A stretch of DNA of 32,000 bases from Candidatus Methanoperedens sp. (lineage in GTDB: Archaea; Halobacteriota; Methanosarcinia; Methanosarcinales; Methanoperedenaceae), in the NCBI GenBank assembly GCA_027460535.1, contig JAPZAR010000011.1, forward strand, positions 238,732 to 270,731. The letters are read 5' to 3'. Below the pieces are notes generated by a model. The model was not told the origin of the DNA and made no database searches. It saw only the letters and a program-made list of their open reading frames with translations. Position numbers and translations under genes: made by a program. The first letter of the stretch is position 1; every line of letters starts with the position of its first letter. This document shows, in pieces, positions 7,530 through 16,344 of the stretch.

Positions 7530-8636
7530 ATGAGCGAGGAGATTCAGACGATAGTCGAGGAAAAAAAAGAACAGGTTCCAGTTCCTCAGACCAATGGAAA
7601 GCGGGCCTTTTGCGTGGCGCTCCCGGTATCCGGTGGAAAACCGTTAAAATTAATGGGCGATAACCCGCACGAATTTATCCAGTTCCTTAAAGACTCATCT
7701 GTAGCCTGGTTGAATTTTCCGGTGACGGACATGAGAAAAGATGCGGACATGATTGCGGTTTCTCTTGGTTTCAGCTCTTCTCTCGTACCCACCGTCATCT
7801 CCAATTACCTGTCTGCTTATGAAGACCGCGACACCGAAATGGGATTGATGCTCCCTGCAGTGGCTGTAAAAAAATTCGATGTCTTAATAAGCCCGGTTCT
7901 GATTCTGATAAGAAAAGACCTGATCGTCACGATCCATGAGGAGAATGTGGACCGTTTTATCCGTCTTTCCCGCTATGCAGATGCCTTCATGAGAAAAATA
8001 AAACCCAATCTCATACCTGAAGATAAATTAACAATAGTCCTTACAAGAATAATCGATGAGAACATTAACAGGAACTTTGACCATTTGCGGGAGATAGAGG
8101 CCCAGGGGGACGAGCTGAGCAAGATTCTCCTGGACACCAATACTCCAAGAGGACTGATCGCCCCAGAGATATATAACATGAAGCATGCTCTCATAAGCTA
8201 CATGGATACGCTTTGGGCTACCCTTGATGTGGTCAACTCACTGCGACATGGGGATGCGGAACTCATAACCGACAGCCCTAAATTACTGGCGCGGGTGGGC
8301 ATACTTTCCGACGATGTGAACAGGCACATAGCGCTCAGCGAGCACATGTCGGACGTGCTGGCGTCAGGTCTTGAGGTGCTCCAGAGCATCTACAACAACC
8401 AGCTGCAGATATTGAACAACAGGCTTGCTCTTGTGATGACATGGCTTACCATACTTGGAACCGCCGTGTTAGTTCCAAATACCCTGGCGACTGTATTCAG
8501 CAACCCGGCTTTCAATATGGGACCGCAGGACAAAATATGGTATTCCGTCCTTCTCATTGTATCCACAATAATCTCTACATGGGCGGCTTACTGGTGGATT
8601 AAGAGGAAAGGATTGTTGCCGTTCAAAGTGGACTGA
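7530..8636 (+). CDS. CorA-like divalent cation transporter family protein with a non-canonical pore motif
   Basis: 368 aa. It has a CorA-type cytoplasmic domain (AWLNFPVTD, LILIRKDLIVTIHEE) and two C-terminal TM helices. Where CorA has YGMN, this protein reads VFSNP (8493-8507). Confidence 0.8.
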   Translation: MSEEIQTIVEEKKEQVPVPQTNGKRAFCVALPVSGGKPLKLMGDNPHEFIQFLKDSSVAWLNFPVTDMRKDADMIAVSLGFSSSLVPTVISNYLSAYEDRDTEMGLMLPAVAVKKFDVLISPVLILIRKDLIVTIHEENVDRFIRLSRYADAFMRKIKPNLIPEDKLTIVLTRIIDENINRNFDHLREIEAQGDELSKILLDTNTPRGLIAPEIYNMKHALISYMDTLWATLDVVNSLRHGDAELITDSPKLLARVGILSDDVNRHIALSEHMSDVLASGLEVLQSIYNNQLQILNNRLALVMTWLTILGTAVLVPNTLATVFSNPAFNMGPQDKIWYSVLLIVSTIISTWAAYWWIKRKGLLPFKVD

Positions 8637-9779
8637 TCATTTCTTAGAAATAAGATTCGAAATTCCCAGGATCACTATCATCGCTATAACTATTATTGCC
8701 AGGATTATCAGCATAGTTGTTATGACATCCTTAAGAGCACTGGCAGCCGGAGTTTCCTTGACTTCTGGAGTCTGGACCACCGTCGTGACCGGTGTTGCAG
8801 TGGCCACTGTTGTCCCTTCTGCAATTGTCGGCGCTGCAATCGGCGTTCCTGCGATTCTCCCTGCCACATCGCCCAGAGCGATTTGAACAGTACCGGCAGC
8901 ATCTATCGCCGCATACGCGAACTTGCTTCCGTCACGACTGAAGGAAGGGCTTCGCTGTTTGAAATCGGAATCAACGAACAGTCTCTTGTTTGTCCCGTCC
9001 TGGTTGATCGCAAAGATTTTCTCCCCTGAGGACGTGACGTTTTCATATGAAATGTATGCTATTGTGTCATCCGGCCCCCAGACTGGGTTATTCTTCTTGA
9101 TGGTATCAAAGGTCAGCCGCTCTCTTGATGTTCCTCCTGCATCCACTTTGAAGAGCTCAATTTCATAATTGGCGGTGTAGGATACATACACGATATTCTT
9201 TCCATCAGTGCTGATTGAAGGGCTCCACTGCTTGAAATTATCTACAAAAATTAACCTTTTCCCGGTTCCATTCGCATAGACCGTATACATCTTCGGGTTT
9301 GAAGTCTCATCAAGGGAGGTATATAGCAGCGTCTTTCCATCCTGGCTCCAGGAGGGGGGTGCCCAGGTCGGAGGCTTATCTTCCGCAGCGTTGCCCTGTC
9401 TAGTATTATCCAGTATGAGCTGCTTGTTATCTGTCCCATCAGGATTTATAACAAATATCTTTTCCAGACCGTCTTTTCCAAAAGAAACATAAGCTATCTT
9501 TTCCGGCCCCCATGCAAGACCCCACTTTTTAGTCGTGTCGTTGGTAATGGCTTTCTCTCCAGAACCGTCTGCGTTTATAATAAATATCTGCTGGTTGAAA
9601 GAATCATCATAGGATACGTAAGCTATCATCGTGCCATCAGGGCTGAGCACAGGATCCCAGAGGTTTGTTTCGGAGATATTGAGTTTTCTCAGGTTCTCTA
9701 TGGAAACAGCCCCGGCTGCGCTGACAGTGGAGAACAATAAGATAAGGCAGATTCCGAGAGATACCTTTCCCATGAGCAT
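8637..9779 (-). CDS. Secreted, membrane-anchored PD40/TolB-like beta-propeller repeat protein
   Basis: 380 aa with an N-terminal signal or anchor sequence (LGICLILLFSTVSAAGA). It carries repeated PD40-like units (SPDGTMIAYVS, WSQDGKTLLYTS, SPSISTDGKNIVYVS, SPSFSRDGSKFAYA). A Thr/Pro/Val-rich linker and a C-terminal TM helix follow. Confidence 0.85.
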   Translation of the reverse strand: MLMGKVSLGICLILLFSTVSAAGAVSIENLRKLNISETNLWDPVLSPDGTMIAYVSYDDSFNQQIFIINADGSGEKAITNDTTKKWGLAWGPEKIAYVSFGKDGLEKIFVINPDGTDNKQLILDNTRQGNAAEDKPPTWAPPSWSQDGKTLLYTSLDETSNPKMYTVYANGTGKRLIFVDNFKQWSPSISTDGKNIVYVSYTANYEIELFKVDAGGTSRERLTFDTIKKNNPVWGPDDTIAYISYENVTSSGEKIFAINQDGTNKRLFVDSDFKQRSPSFSRDGSKFAYAAIDAAGTVQIALGDVAGRIAGTPIAAPTIAEGTTVATATPVTTVVQTPEVKETPAASALKDVITTMLIILAIIVIAMIVILGISNLISKK

Positions 9780-9809
9780 AGATTATAAGTGAAACATGAT
9801 AAACTTTTC

Positions 9810-10838
9810 TCAATATTTTGAATTTGTTATTCCCAGTGCCCTGTTCGTCTTTTTTATTGAGCTTGCACCATCTTTCTCAAGCTCAAGCAGCGCGCGGATG
9901 GCATCCACATTTTCGGGAACCACATCTGATTCCTGGTGTATCGCCTGGAAGAAGTAAAGCTCCCCTTTGTTGATGGAAATCGAGTCTTTCCATACTATAT
10001 TTTCCCACATGTCCCCCCTCGGCCTTCCCATGTCCCTGGCGAATTCCATTACTTCGGCTGTTGATTTGATCCTGTCTTTGCTGCTAATGAGCCTGATACG
10101 AGGTCTTTTCTCAAAAACCTCCGCGACATCATCTTCACTGCATCTCTTTTTTAACTCTATGTTCAGCGCATGGAGGTGCATGAGAGTGGTTGAGGTTTTT
10201 ACACCCACTGTCGTGATATCAATATCGGGAAGAATCGAGTTCACATCCGGCCCGTGGTGTGAAGGGAGTTTGATCGGGTCCGGAACAAGGGCGTTTATGG
10301 GGCCCGTTTTTATATCATTGGGATCGGCAGCCCTTCTCATCAGAGTTACCCTTGCCTTCTTGACACCGAAAGCAGTATCAAGGGCATAGAGCACCCGGAC
10401 AAGCCCGGTCGTATTGCATGAGACCACTCTAGCAAAATCCCGCCCCAATGCGTCCTCATAATTTGCCTCGGAATTGAAGGAGAACCCAGTCAGTTCGTGC
10501 TCTTCCCCGCCCTGCCAGATGGCCTTTATGCCATGTTTTTTATAAAGTTTCTTATATTCTTCCCCAAAATCCCCGGGAGTGGCGTCAACCACGATGTCTG
10601 CCTTATCCAGAAGGTCTTCCAGCGTTCCACTGATCTTGATGTTTGATTTATTGAACTGCTCGGTATTCTCCCCGGATACCGTATAAACGTCATATCCTTT
10701 TTCAATGGCGAGACGCGCTTCATAACTCGGTTTTGTCTTCACCACACCCGTGATTTCCATGTCATCCTGTGCCGCTACTGCGTCTGCAACACGTTTCCCT
10801 ATTGTTCCATATCCGTTTATTGCGACTTTTGCTTTCAT
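9810..10838 (-). CDS. gap: Type II (archaeal) glyceraldehyde-3-phosphate dehydrogenase
   Basis: 342 aa. The N-terminal Rossmann motif is VAINGYGTIGKRVADAV and the catalytic motif is SCNTTG. Length and layout are typical of archaeal GAPDH. Confidence 0.95.
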   Translation of the reverse strand: MKAKVAINGYGTIGKRVADAVAAQDDMEITGVVKTKPSYEARLAIEKGYDVYTVSGENTEQFNKSNIKISGTLEDLLDKADIVVDATPGDFGEEYKKLYKKHGIKAIWQGGEEHELTGFSFNSEANYEDALGRDFARVVSCNTTGLVRVLYALDTAFGVKKARVTLMRRAADPNDIKTGPINALVPDPIKLPSHHGPDVNSILPDIDITTVGVKTSTTLMHLHALNIELKKRCSEDDVAEVFEKRPRIRLISSKDRIKSTAEVMEFARDMGRPRGDMWENIVWKDSISINKGELYFFQAIHQESDVVPENVDAIRALLELEKDGASSIKKTNRALGITNSKY

Positions 10839-10865
10839 CTGTTATTCTCCCAGAAACCAGATCAT

Positions 10866-11039
10866 TCAGGTATCTATTACAGCTTCCTGTTTTGTAAGAT
10901 TGACGTCGATTATCCTTCCCGATACGGTTCTTGTTTCACCCAGAAGGCTTTGAAGTCGGATGGAATTCTTATCTGCAGTTATTCTCACTACATCTTCCAT
11001 AATGGTTTTTCCTTTAAAGATCACCTTGAGCTCGCACAT
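10866..11039 (-). CDS. CooT-family small nickel-binding protein (57 aa)
   Basis: The track ORF is 70 aa starting at 11078. An internal ATG at 11039 gives MCELKVIFKGKTIMEDVVRITADKNSIRLQSLLGETRTVSGRIIDVNL. CooT proteins start Met-Cys, with Cys2 as the Ni ligand, and are about 60 aa. A TATA-like TTAATATC on the minus strand (11061-11068) sits about 26 nt upstream of 11039. Confidence 0.7.
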   Translation of the reverse strand: MCELKVIFKGKTIMEDVVRITADKNSIRLQSLLGETRTVSGRIIDVNLTKQEAVIDT

Positions 11040-11129
11040 GACAGCTAAATCGGTCTTGTTGATATTAAGATTTATCATATAAAGGAACTATTATACTCTG
11101 GAGACTTAGATATCCCTGAACTCAAAGGC

Positions 11130-11999
11130 TTGATAATACCGGATCATACGGTTATGGAGGAGCATTCCATATTGGTTGACGGTGACGTCCTGGTAGGGAA
11201 TTATTCAGAACTTGGCTACGGCCTGATTGCCAAATCGGTAGTTGCAGGGGAGCATGTCAGGATCAACGGCAACATCATTTCCGAGAGCGATATTCGGATA
11301 GACATGTGGTCTGAGATAACTGGTGAGGTCAGGACAAAGACAGATGCATATCTTGGAGAATTCGTAAAGATAAATGGAAAACTCTTTGCCGCAGGGAACC
11401 TGGATGTGGGAAATGATGTTACGATCAGTGGGGGCTACGAAGTTAAAGGATGGCTCGTTGTCCGAAACCCGCTACCAGTTGTGATGTTCATTTTCTTTTA
11501 TATGATGGCATTGCTGCGCCTTGGCAGCGAAGAGGAGGTGGAAAAAGCGCTTGAGGAGCTGTTCTCGGATGATATGCCTGAAAATAAGGTCATGGTCGTA
11601 CCCAACAGGGCAAAGATCGACCTTGAAGCTATAAAGACCACCACGCGCGCCATTATCGGGAACCACTGCAAGCTGGTGGGCAATATCCGCGCCCGTTCCA
11701 TTTCCGTAGGGAACCATGTGACTCTGTTCGGAAGTATCCGCACGACAGGTAATATCACCACAGGCGCAGGGTGCACCATCCATGGTAATCTGGCCTCCAG
11801 GGAGAAAGTTAAAATCGGGAGAAACTGCAACGTTCTAGGAAAAGTGACCGCAGATTCCATATTGGTTCATGAATCGTCCAGAGTTGATGGAGATCTAATA
11901 GCTGCAAATGGGGTAACAATAGAACAGGACGACCTCGAAGGTCTGGATGATCTCGAAAAGAAGCTGTTCTATGGATTCATGCTGCTTGAAAATCCCTAG
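11130..11999 (+). CDS. Bactofilin-like (polymer-forming cytoskeletal family) protein with two beta-helical halves and a central TM helix
   Basis: 289 aa with a TTG start at 11130 (alternative ATG at 11154). Both halves show bactofilin-type periodic motifs. The first is VAGEHVRINGNIISESDIRIDMWSEITGEVRTKTDAYLGEFVKINGKLFAAGNLDVGNDVTISG. The second is IIGNHCKLVGNIRARSISVGNHVTLFGSIRTTGNITTGAGCTIHGNLASREKVKIGRNCNVLGKV. A hydrophobic segment PLPVVMFIFFYMMALLRL lies between them. Confidence 0.7.
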   Translation: MIIPDHTVMEEHSILVDGDVLVGNYSELGYGLIAKSVVAGEHVRINGNIISESDIRIDMWSEITGEVRTKTDAYLGEFVKINGKLFAAGNLDVGNDVTISGGYEVKGWLVVRNPLPVVMFIFFYMMALLRLGSEEEVEKALEELFSDDMPENKVMVVPNRAKIDLEAIKTTTRAIIGNHCKLVGNIRARSISVGNHVTLFGSIRTTGNITTGAGCTIHGNLASREKVKIGRNCNVLGKVTADSILVHESSRVDGDLIAANGVTIEQDDLEGLDDLEKKLFYGFMLLENP

Positions 12000-12076
12000 T
12001 CGGCTGGAAAAAATGAACAACGCACCAATGCGTCAGGAGTTGGGCTTTCTGTCTTCAGGATTTGCGGTTTTTCCGT

Positions 12077-12580
12077 TCAGTAAACCGTTACACTCTGTAC
12101 GCCTTTTATCCTGGTAAGCGCGCTCACAAGCTCTCCGCTCACCTTGCCTTCGGTTATTATAGTGAGTTTTGGATTTTCGGATAGATAGGGATCTTCCGAT
12201 ACAGCCTGCCTGATGGATATTCCGTGCTCTGCTACTGTGGATGACACGCTTCCCAGAAGACCTTTTTGGGCTGCGTTGTCCGGCATGATGACTATTACTC
12301 CCAGACCGAGCTGGGGCGCAACGTCCCTGAGGAAAGGTATGGTACGCACATTTTTAAATATCGCCATGAGCTGATCATCCTTGAGAATGGTTTCACATGT
12401 GGCATCAACTACCCTTCTATCCACCCCGATCTCCTTTGCGATCTGGGTATGGGCTATTTCGATGTTCCCGGAGACCACCCTGCCTTTATCATTGATCTGG
12501 AACCCTCTCTCGAGAAGCAGCCTGATTACCTTTTCCTGTGCCGGATGGTTCCTGAATTTTTCCTGGAGTACGCTCCACAT
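12077..12580 (-). CDS. ACT domain-containing regulator of amino-acid metabolism (COG2150-like)
   Basis: 167 aa. The N-terminal HTH-like region (EKVIRLLLERGFQI...IAHTQIAKEIGVDRRVV) is followed by a C-terminal ACT-like fold (GVIVIMPDNAAQKGLLGSVSSTVAEHGISIRQ). Confidence 0.8.
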   Translation of the reverse strand: MWSVLQEKFRNHPAQEKVIRLLLERGFQINDKGRVVSGNIEIAHTQIAKEIGVDRRVVDATCETILKDDQLMAIFKNVRTIPFLRDVAPQLGLGVIVIMPDNAAQKGLLGSVSSTVAEHGISIRQAVSEDPYLSENPKLTIITEGKVSGELVSALTRIKGVQSVTVY

Positions 12581-12809
12581 TACAAGTAATATGGTAAAGC
12601 TGAATACAAATGCTTTGCTGCGAGATTCGGAAGATGGCTCTGTGGAATAATGATAATGGGTACACCTTATACAATCCTGTGGCTAAAATCAGGGAAAATC
12701 ACAACTACAAACATTTCCTGATCGATGCAAGATTTTGTATTTACCGCATGCATTAAAAATTTTCATGTAATACGCAAATATATATAATTAAACAGCTGAT
12801 TAATCTTCG

Positions 12810-13415
12810 GTGGTAATATTGGATTTCATTGAAAAAGTAAAGGGATTTTTAATAGAGCCGGCAAAGACATTTGACGCCGTGAAAGAAGACAGTCTGGAAG
12901 AGACAATAAAATATTACGCTATTATTGCGGCTATAAATTCCGCACTTTCTGCAGTATTGTTGGCATTCGCAGGTGCCCTTCTTGGCTCGATGATGGGATT
13001 TAGGGGCCTTGGGATGATAATGATGGGTGTAGGCGCTGGTGCGGCGATACTATTCTTTATAGAGTCCATGATTTTAGTAATTATAGGCGCATTCATAGGC
13101 GGGGCAATCCTTCACATTTTCGTATATCTCTTAGGCGGAAGAAAAGGAATTGAACAGACAATAAAAGCTGTTATGTACGGATTAACGCCGTTGTTATTGC
13201 TTGGCTGGATTCCAATCATAGGTTTTATCGCAACCATATGGTCATTAGTTCTTGAGATTCTCGGAATACGCCAGCTTCAGGAACTCACCACCGGAAAAGC
13301 GGCTCTTGCTGTGCTTATACCTGTCATAATAGCTGTTATAATAGCCATAGTTATTGCAATTATTTTTGCAGCAATTATGTTCGGAATAGGTGGACCTTAT
13401 GGTAGAGGTTATTAA
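12810..13415 (+). CDS. Yip1-domain family integral membrane protein
   Basis: 201 aa with a GTG start (alternative TTG at 12819). The N-terminus FIEKVKGFLIEPAKTFDAVKE is followed by about 5 TM helices, as is typical of YIP1/DUF1282-type proteins. Confidence 0.75.
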   Translation: MVILDFIEKVKGFLIEPAKTFDAVKEDSLEETIKYYAIIAAINSALSAVLLAFAGALLGSMMGFRGLGMIMMGVGAGAAILFFIESMILVIIGAFIGGAILHIFVYLLGGRKGIEQTIKAVMYGLTPLLLLGWIPIIGFIATIWSLVLEILGIRQLQELTTGKAALAVLIPVIIAVIIAIVIAIIFAAIMFGIGGPYGRGY

Positions 13416-13419
13416 TCCT

Positions 13420-14514
13420 CTACTTCTTTATCTTTTTCAAACCTACGATCACAGCATCATACCTCTGACATATTCTCTTAACGACATCCACCTCTGCATT
13501 TTTATGTGTGGGGATCAGGATATCAGCCCCGCCCCCAATCTCTTTTCCTTCGCTTGACGTGCCGTAATCAGGCGCGATCTTCACGCCATCGGATGAAATA
13601 CCCAGGCGCAGTTCATTTACCATGCGCGATACCATTTCTGTTTGCGGGGCGGTTTTTGCTGTGATAGAAAAAGTTCTCTCGATATACTCATCTTTCAATC
13701 CCAAGATCCGGTCGATACTCTCTTTGACTTTCATTTTACTTCCGTACTCAGCAAGGATATTTATCGAATTGATCAGGTCTTCGAAAGTGGCGGCAGTGAT
13801 CTCGATTATCCTTCCGTCAAAGTATGAACCCACTCTGTTCTCATATCCTCTTGGAATCAAAAGGACTCCAAGTTCCTGTATCTTATCCCGTTCCCCGTTT
13901 GTAGGATCATAAGGGTTTACCACCTCATATCCTTCAATTCCGCAAAGCTCCATCAATGATTCGTACATTGGAGTGACGCCTATTCCCTGTTTTCCGAGCC
14001 ACTTATCAAGTCCCATCTTTTGCTCTCTCGCAAGTTCTATGATCTTCTTCCTGATGGCTTCAGGGTCCTGGGAATCGAGATTGAAGTACTCTGCAAACCT
14101 CTGTGTTGTTTGAAGAAGCCGCGTCCTGCCCTGAGGCGCAGCTGATACAAGCCCGCTCTCCTCAAGTTCCCTGACATGATCGTAAGCTGCGCCGCCGCGC
14201 CTATCCACAAGTTCGGCCATTGTTATGGGCTGGTGATAAGCTATCATCGCCAGTGTACGCAATACCGGGGAGCGAAGTTCCTTGGGCGCAACAGATCTGA
14301 CCATTTCCGCATATTCGGGCTTGACCTGCATTACGAACCTGCCCTCGATCTCCTTAATTTCAAGGGCACAGTTGCGCTGTGAATATTCATCCATCAGTTC
14401 CTGAAGCAGTAAGCGTACATTTTTCCCTCTCATAAGGTTGCGAAGCTGTTCCACATCCAGGGGTTCACCGGAGACGAACAGAGCGGCTTCGATAATGTCC
14501 TTATCCCCGCTCAA
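13420..14514 (-). CDS. scpB: SMC-Scp complex subunit ScpB with a roughly 190-aa C-terminal extension
   Basis: 364 aa. The N-terminal half matches the ScpB pattern (IIEAALFVSGEPLDVEQL...LRTLAMIAYHQPITMAELVDRRG...LEESGLV). Its start overlaps the scpA stop by 4 nt (14511-14514). Confidence 0.8.
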   Translation of the reverse strand: MSGDKDIIEAALFVSGEPLDVEQLRNLMRGKNVRLLLQELMDEYSQRNCALEIKEIEGRFVMQVKPEYAEMVRSVAPKELRSPVLRTLAMIAYHQPITMAELVDRRGGAAYDHVRELEESGLVSAAPQGRTRLLQTTQRFAEYFNLDSQDPEAIRKKIIELAREQKMGLDKWLGKQGIGVTPMYESLMELCGIEGYEVVNPYDPTNGERDKIQELGVLLIPRGYENRVGSYFDGRIIEITAATFEDLINSINILAEYGSKMKVKESIDRILGLKDEYIERTFSITAKTAPQTEMVSRMVNELRLGISSDGVKIAPDYGTSSEGKEIGGGADILIPTHKNAEVDVVKRICQRYDAVIVGLKKIKK

Positions 14515-15203
14515 TGGGCCCTCCTGATAAAAAGCTCACCAAAAAGCTCTTCCTGGTCAAGCCATATCTCCTTTTTCGTTGCAAGAAAAAGAAGCGCAAG
14601 ATAAGCCATCACTTTTCCCGTCCTGTCAAGTGTTCCTGCGAGGTCCGAGAATCTGATAATGTTCTGTTTTTCAAAAAGCTCGTTAAGCAGATTCCTCATC
14701 TTGCCGACCCGACTTTCGATATCTTCTTCATGAGCTATTGAAAGCACTTCCTCGATTGTGGTGCGGCGTTCAATCTTCCGGTTTTCAAAACGTTCAAACC
14801 TGCGCTTTTCTATTGACTCGGCTTTTTTCAGCTCCAAAAGCAATTCCTCGAGCGTCACAGGGCGTCTTGATGATCTGCGAAGAGGCAGTGCCGGAACGGG
14901 GTAATCGCTGACCTCAAATTGCGAAAGGTCATCATCAATTGTCTCATTCGTGTCATCCACTTCCACAAGAACATTGGACTTCATACGCAGAAGGATGGAT
15001 GCATATAACAATGTCCTCCCTGACACACGCAGATCCATCTTTTCGAGTTCTTCCACCTGACGCAAGAATTTGTCTGTGACCTCAACGATGTCGATATTCC
15101 AGGGGTCTATCTCGCCGTTCTTTGCAAGGTTCACAAGGATCTCGATCGGCTCTTCGAGCACATTGGAAACTATTTGAGCCTCTCCTTTAGCGCCATCGGT
15201 CAT
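14511..15203 (-). CDS. scpA: Segregation and condensation protein A (kleisin ScpA)
   Basis: 230 aa. The N-terminal motif is PIEILVNLAKNGEIDPWNIDIVEVTDKFL...RVSGRTLLYASILLRMKS. The C-terminal winged-helix-like region is VMAYLALLFLATKKEIWLDQEELFGELFI. Confidence 0.9.
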   Translation of the reverse strand: MTDGAKGEAQIVSNVLEEPIEILVNLAKNGEIDPWNIDIVEVTDKFLRQVEELEKMDLRVSGRTLLYASILLRMKSNVLVEVDDTNETIDDDLSQFEVSDYPVPALPLRRSSRRPVTLEELLLELKKAESIEKRRFERFENRKIERRTTIEEVLSIAHEEDIESRVGKMRNLLNELFEKQNIIRFSDLAGTLDRTGKVMAYLALLFLATKKEIWLDQEELFGELFIRRAH

Positions 15204-15318
15204 GTTCAGTTTATATAACTATATAAAAGCAGATAAGGATTTTGTTATGCAATATTGCTTTTTGCCCAGGAAACATCAGTCTGGATAGTTTTCAATTACT
15301 GTATAAAGGATGCTAAGA

Positions 15319-16242
15319 TCACACAATGCTATGCTTTGTCCCATCCTTCGACAGCAGCACGACCCGGCTTGCCTCAGATTCATCGGCAATGCAGTAACCC
15401 AGAGCCTGCGCCACCTTTTTTGAAAAATCCAGCACTTCCTCGTGGGAGGGCATATTGTCCAGGGAGAGCCGTTTTCGTGAAAATCCAAGGTTCATATAAG
15501 CTTTCAATTCCACATAATCGGGTTCTGCAATATTTATTAAATGCGCGAAACCTTCCGGGTTTTCCATGTTTATCCCTTTCGTCAAGGTTATCCTTATGGC
15601 TGTCCTGGTGCTTGCATCTCCCAGTATTTCCAGTGACTGTTTCAAATTCTCCCATGTGTCCCCGAGAGGAAAGCATACTTTTTCGTACGCATCTTTATCA
15701 GGCGCATTCAGGCTCACATAAAGCTGGGTAGGCTTTATTTTGCCCAGCATCTCCGGGTTTGTCCCGTTGGAGACCACGAATGTGGTCAAACCCTTATTAT
15801 GGAACTCCTCTATAAGTTCGGGTAAATATGGATAAAGCGTGGGCTCCCCGGATAGGGATATAGCGACATGCTTCGGAGCAAAAGCCTCTTTCCACTTTGC
15901 CTTGTCCATGGTTTCCGAACCGCCATAGCCTGAGACCAGGCGGAGCTGCTCGATAAGGCAGCTCTTAACTATTTCTTCAGGGGAATCCCAGACTCGTGGT
16001 ACTTCCGCCGTCATCTCCACGGCGCGCCAGCAGTGCAGGCAGCGGTGGTTGCATACAAGCGTTGGCGTCATCTGGATGCAGCGGTGTGAAGCAATGCCGT
16101 AGAACTTTGATTTGTAGCAGCTCCCTTCATTGCGCAGGCTTTTGTTGAGCCAGAGACATGTTTTAACCGCCCCGTGGCTTCCAGCGAGATGGTAGCCATG
16201 TTTTTTCAGGAGCGCCTTTGTGGGTTCTGGGACCGGGGTCAT
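15319..16242 (-). CDS. taw1: 4-demethylwyosine synthase Taw1/TYW1 (radical SAM; tRNA-Phe wyosine pathway)
   Basis: 307 aa. It has the motif CYKSKFYGIASHRCIQMTP and the radical-SAM cluster motif CNHRCLHCW. The N-terminus KKHGYHLAGSHGAVKTCLW is typical of archaeal Taw1. Confidence 0.92.
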   Translation of the reverse strand: MTPVPEPTKALLKKHGYHLAGSHGAVKTCLWLNKSLRNEGSCYKSKFYGIASHRCIQMTPTLVCNHRCLHCWRAVEMTAEVPRVWDSPEEIVKSCLIEQLRLVSGYGGSETMDKAKWKEAFAPKHVAISLSGEPTLYPYLPELIEEFHNKGLTTFVVSNGTNPEMLGKIKPTQLYVSLNAPDKDAYEKVCFPLGDTWENLKQSLEILGDASTRTAIRITLTKGINMENPEGFAHLINIAEPDYVELKAYMNLGFSRKRLSLDNMPSHEEVLDFSKKVAQALGYCIADESEASRVVLLSKDGTKHSIV

Positions 16243-16344
16243 GTATCCAGCATAATATTAAGGCTTGATAAATAGATTACCCAAACCGAAAGGTATTATA
16301 ATACAAAATAGCATCATTTGAAGAAAACCGTTAGAGGTAATTAG

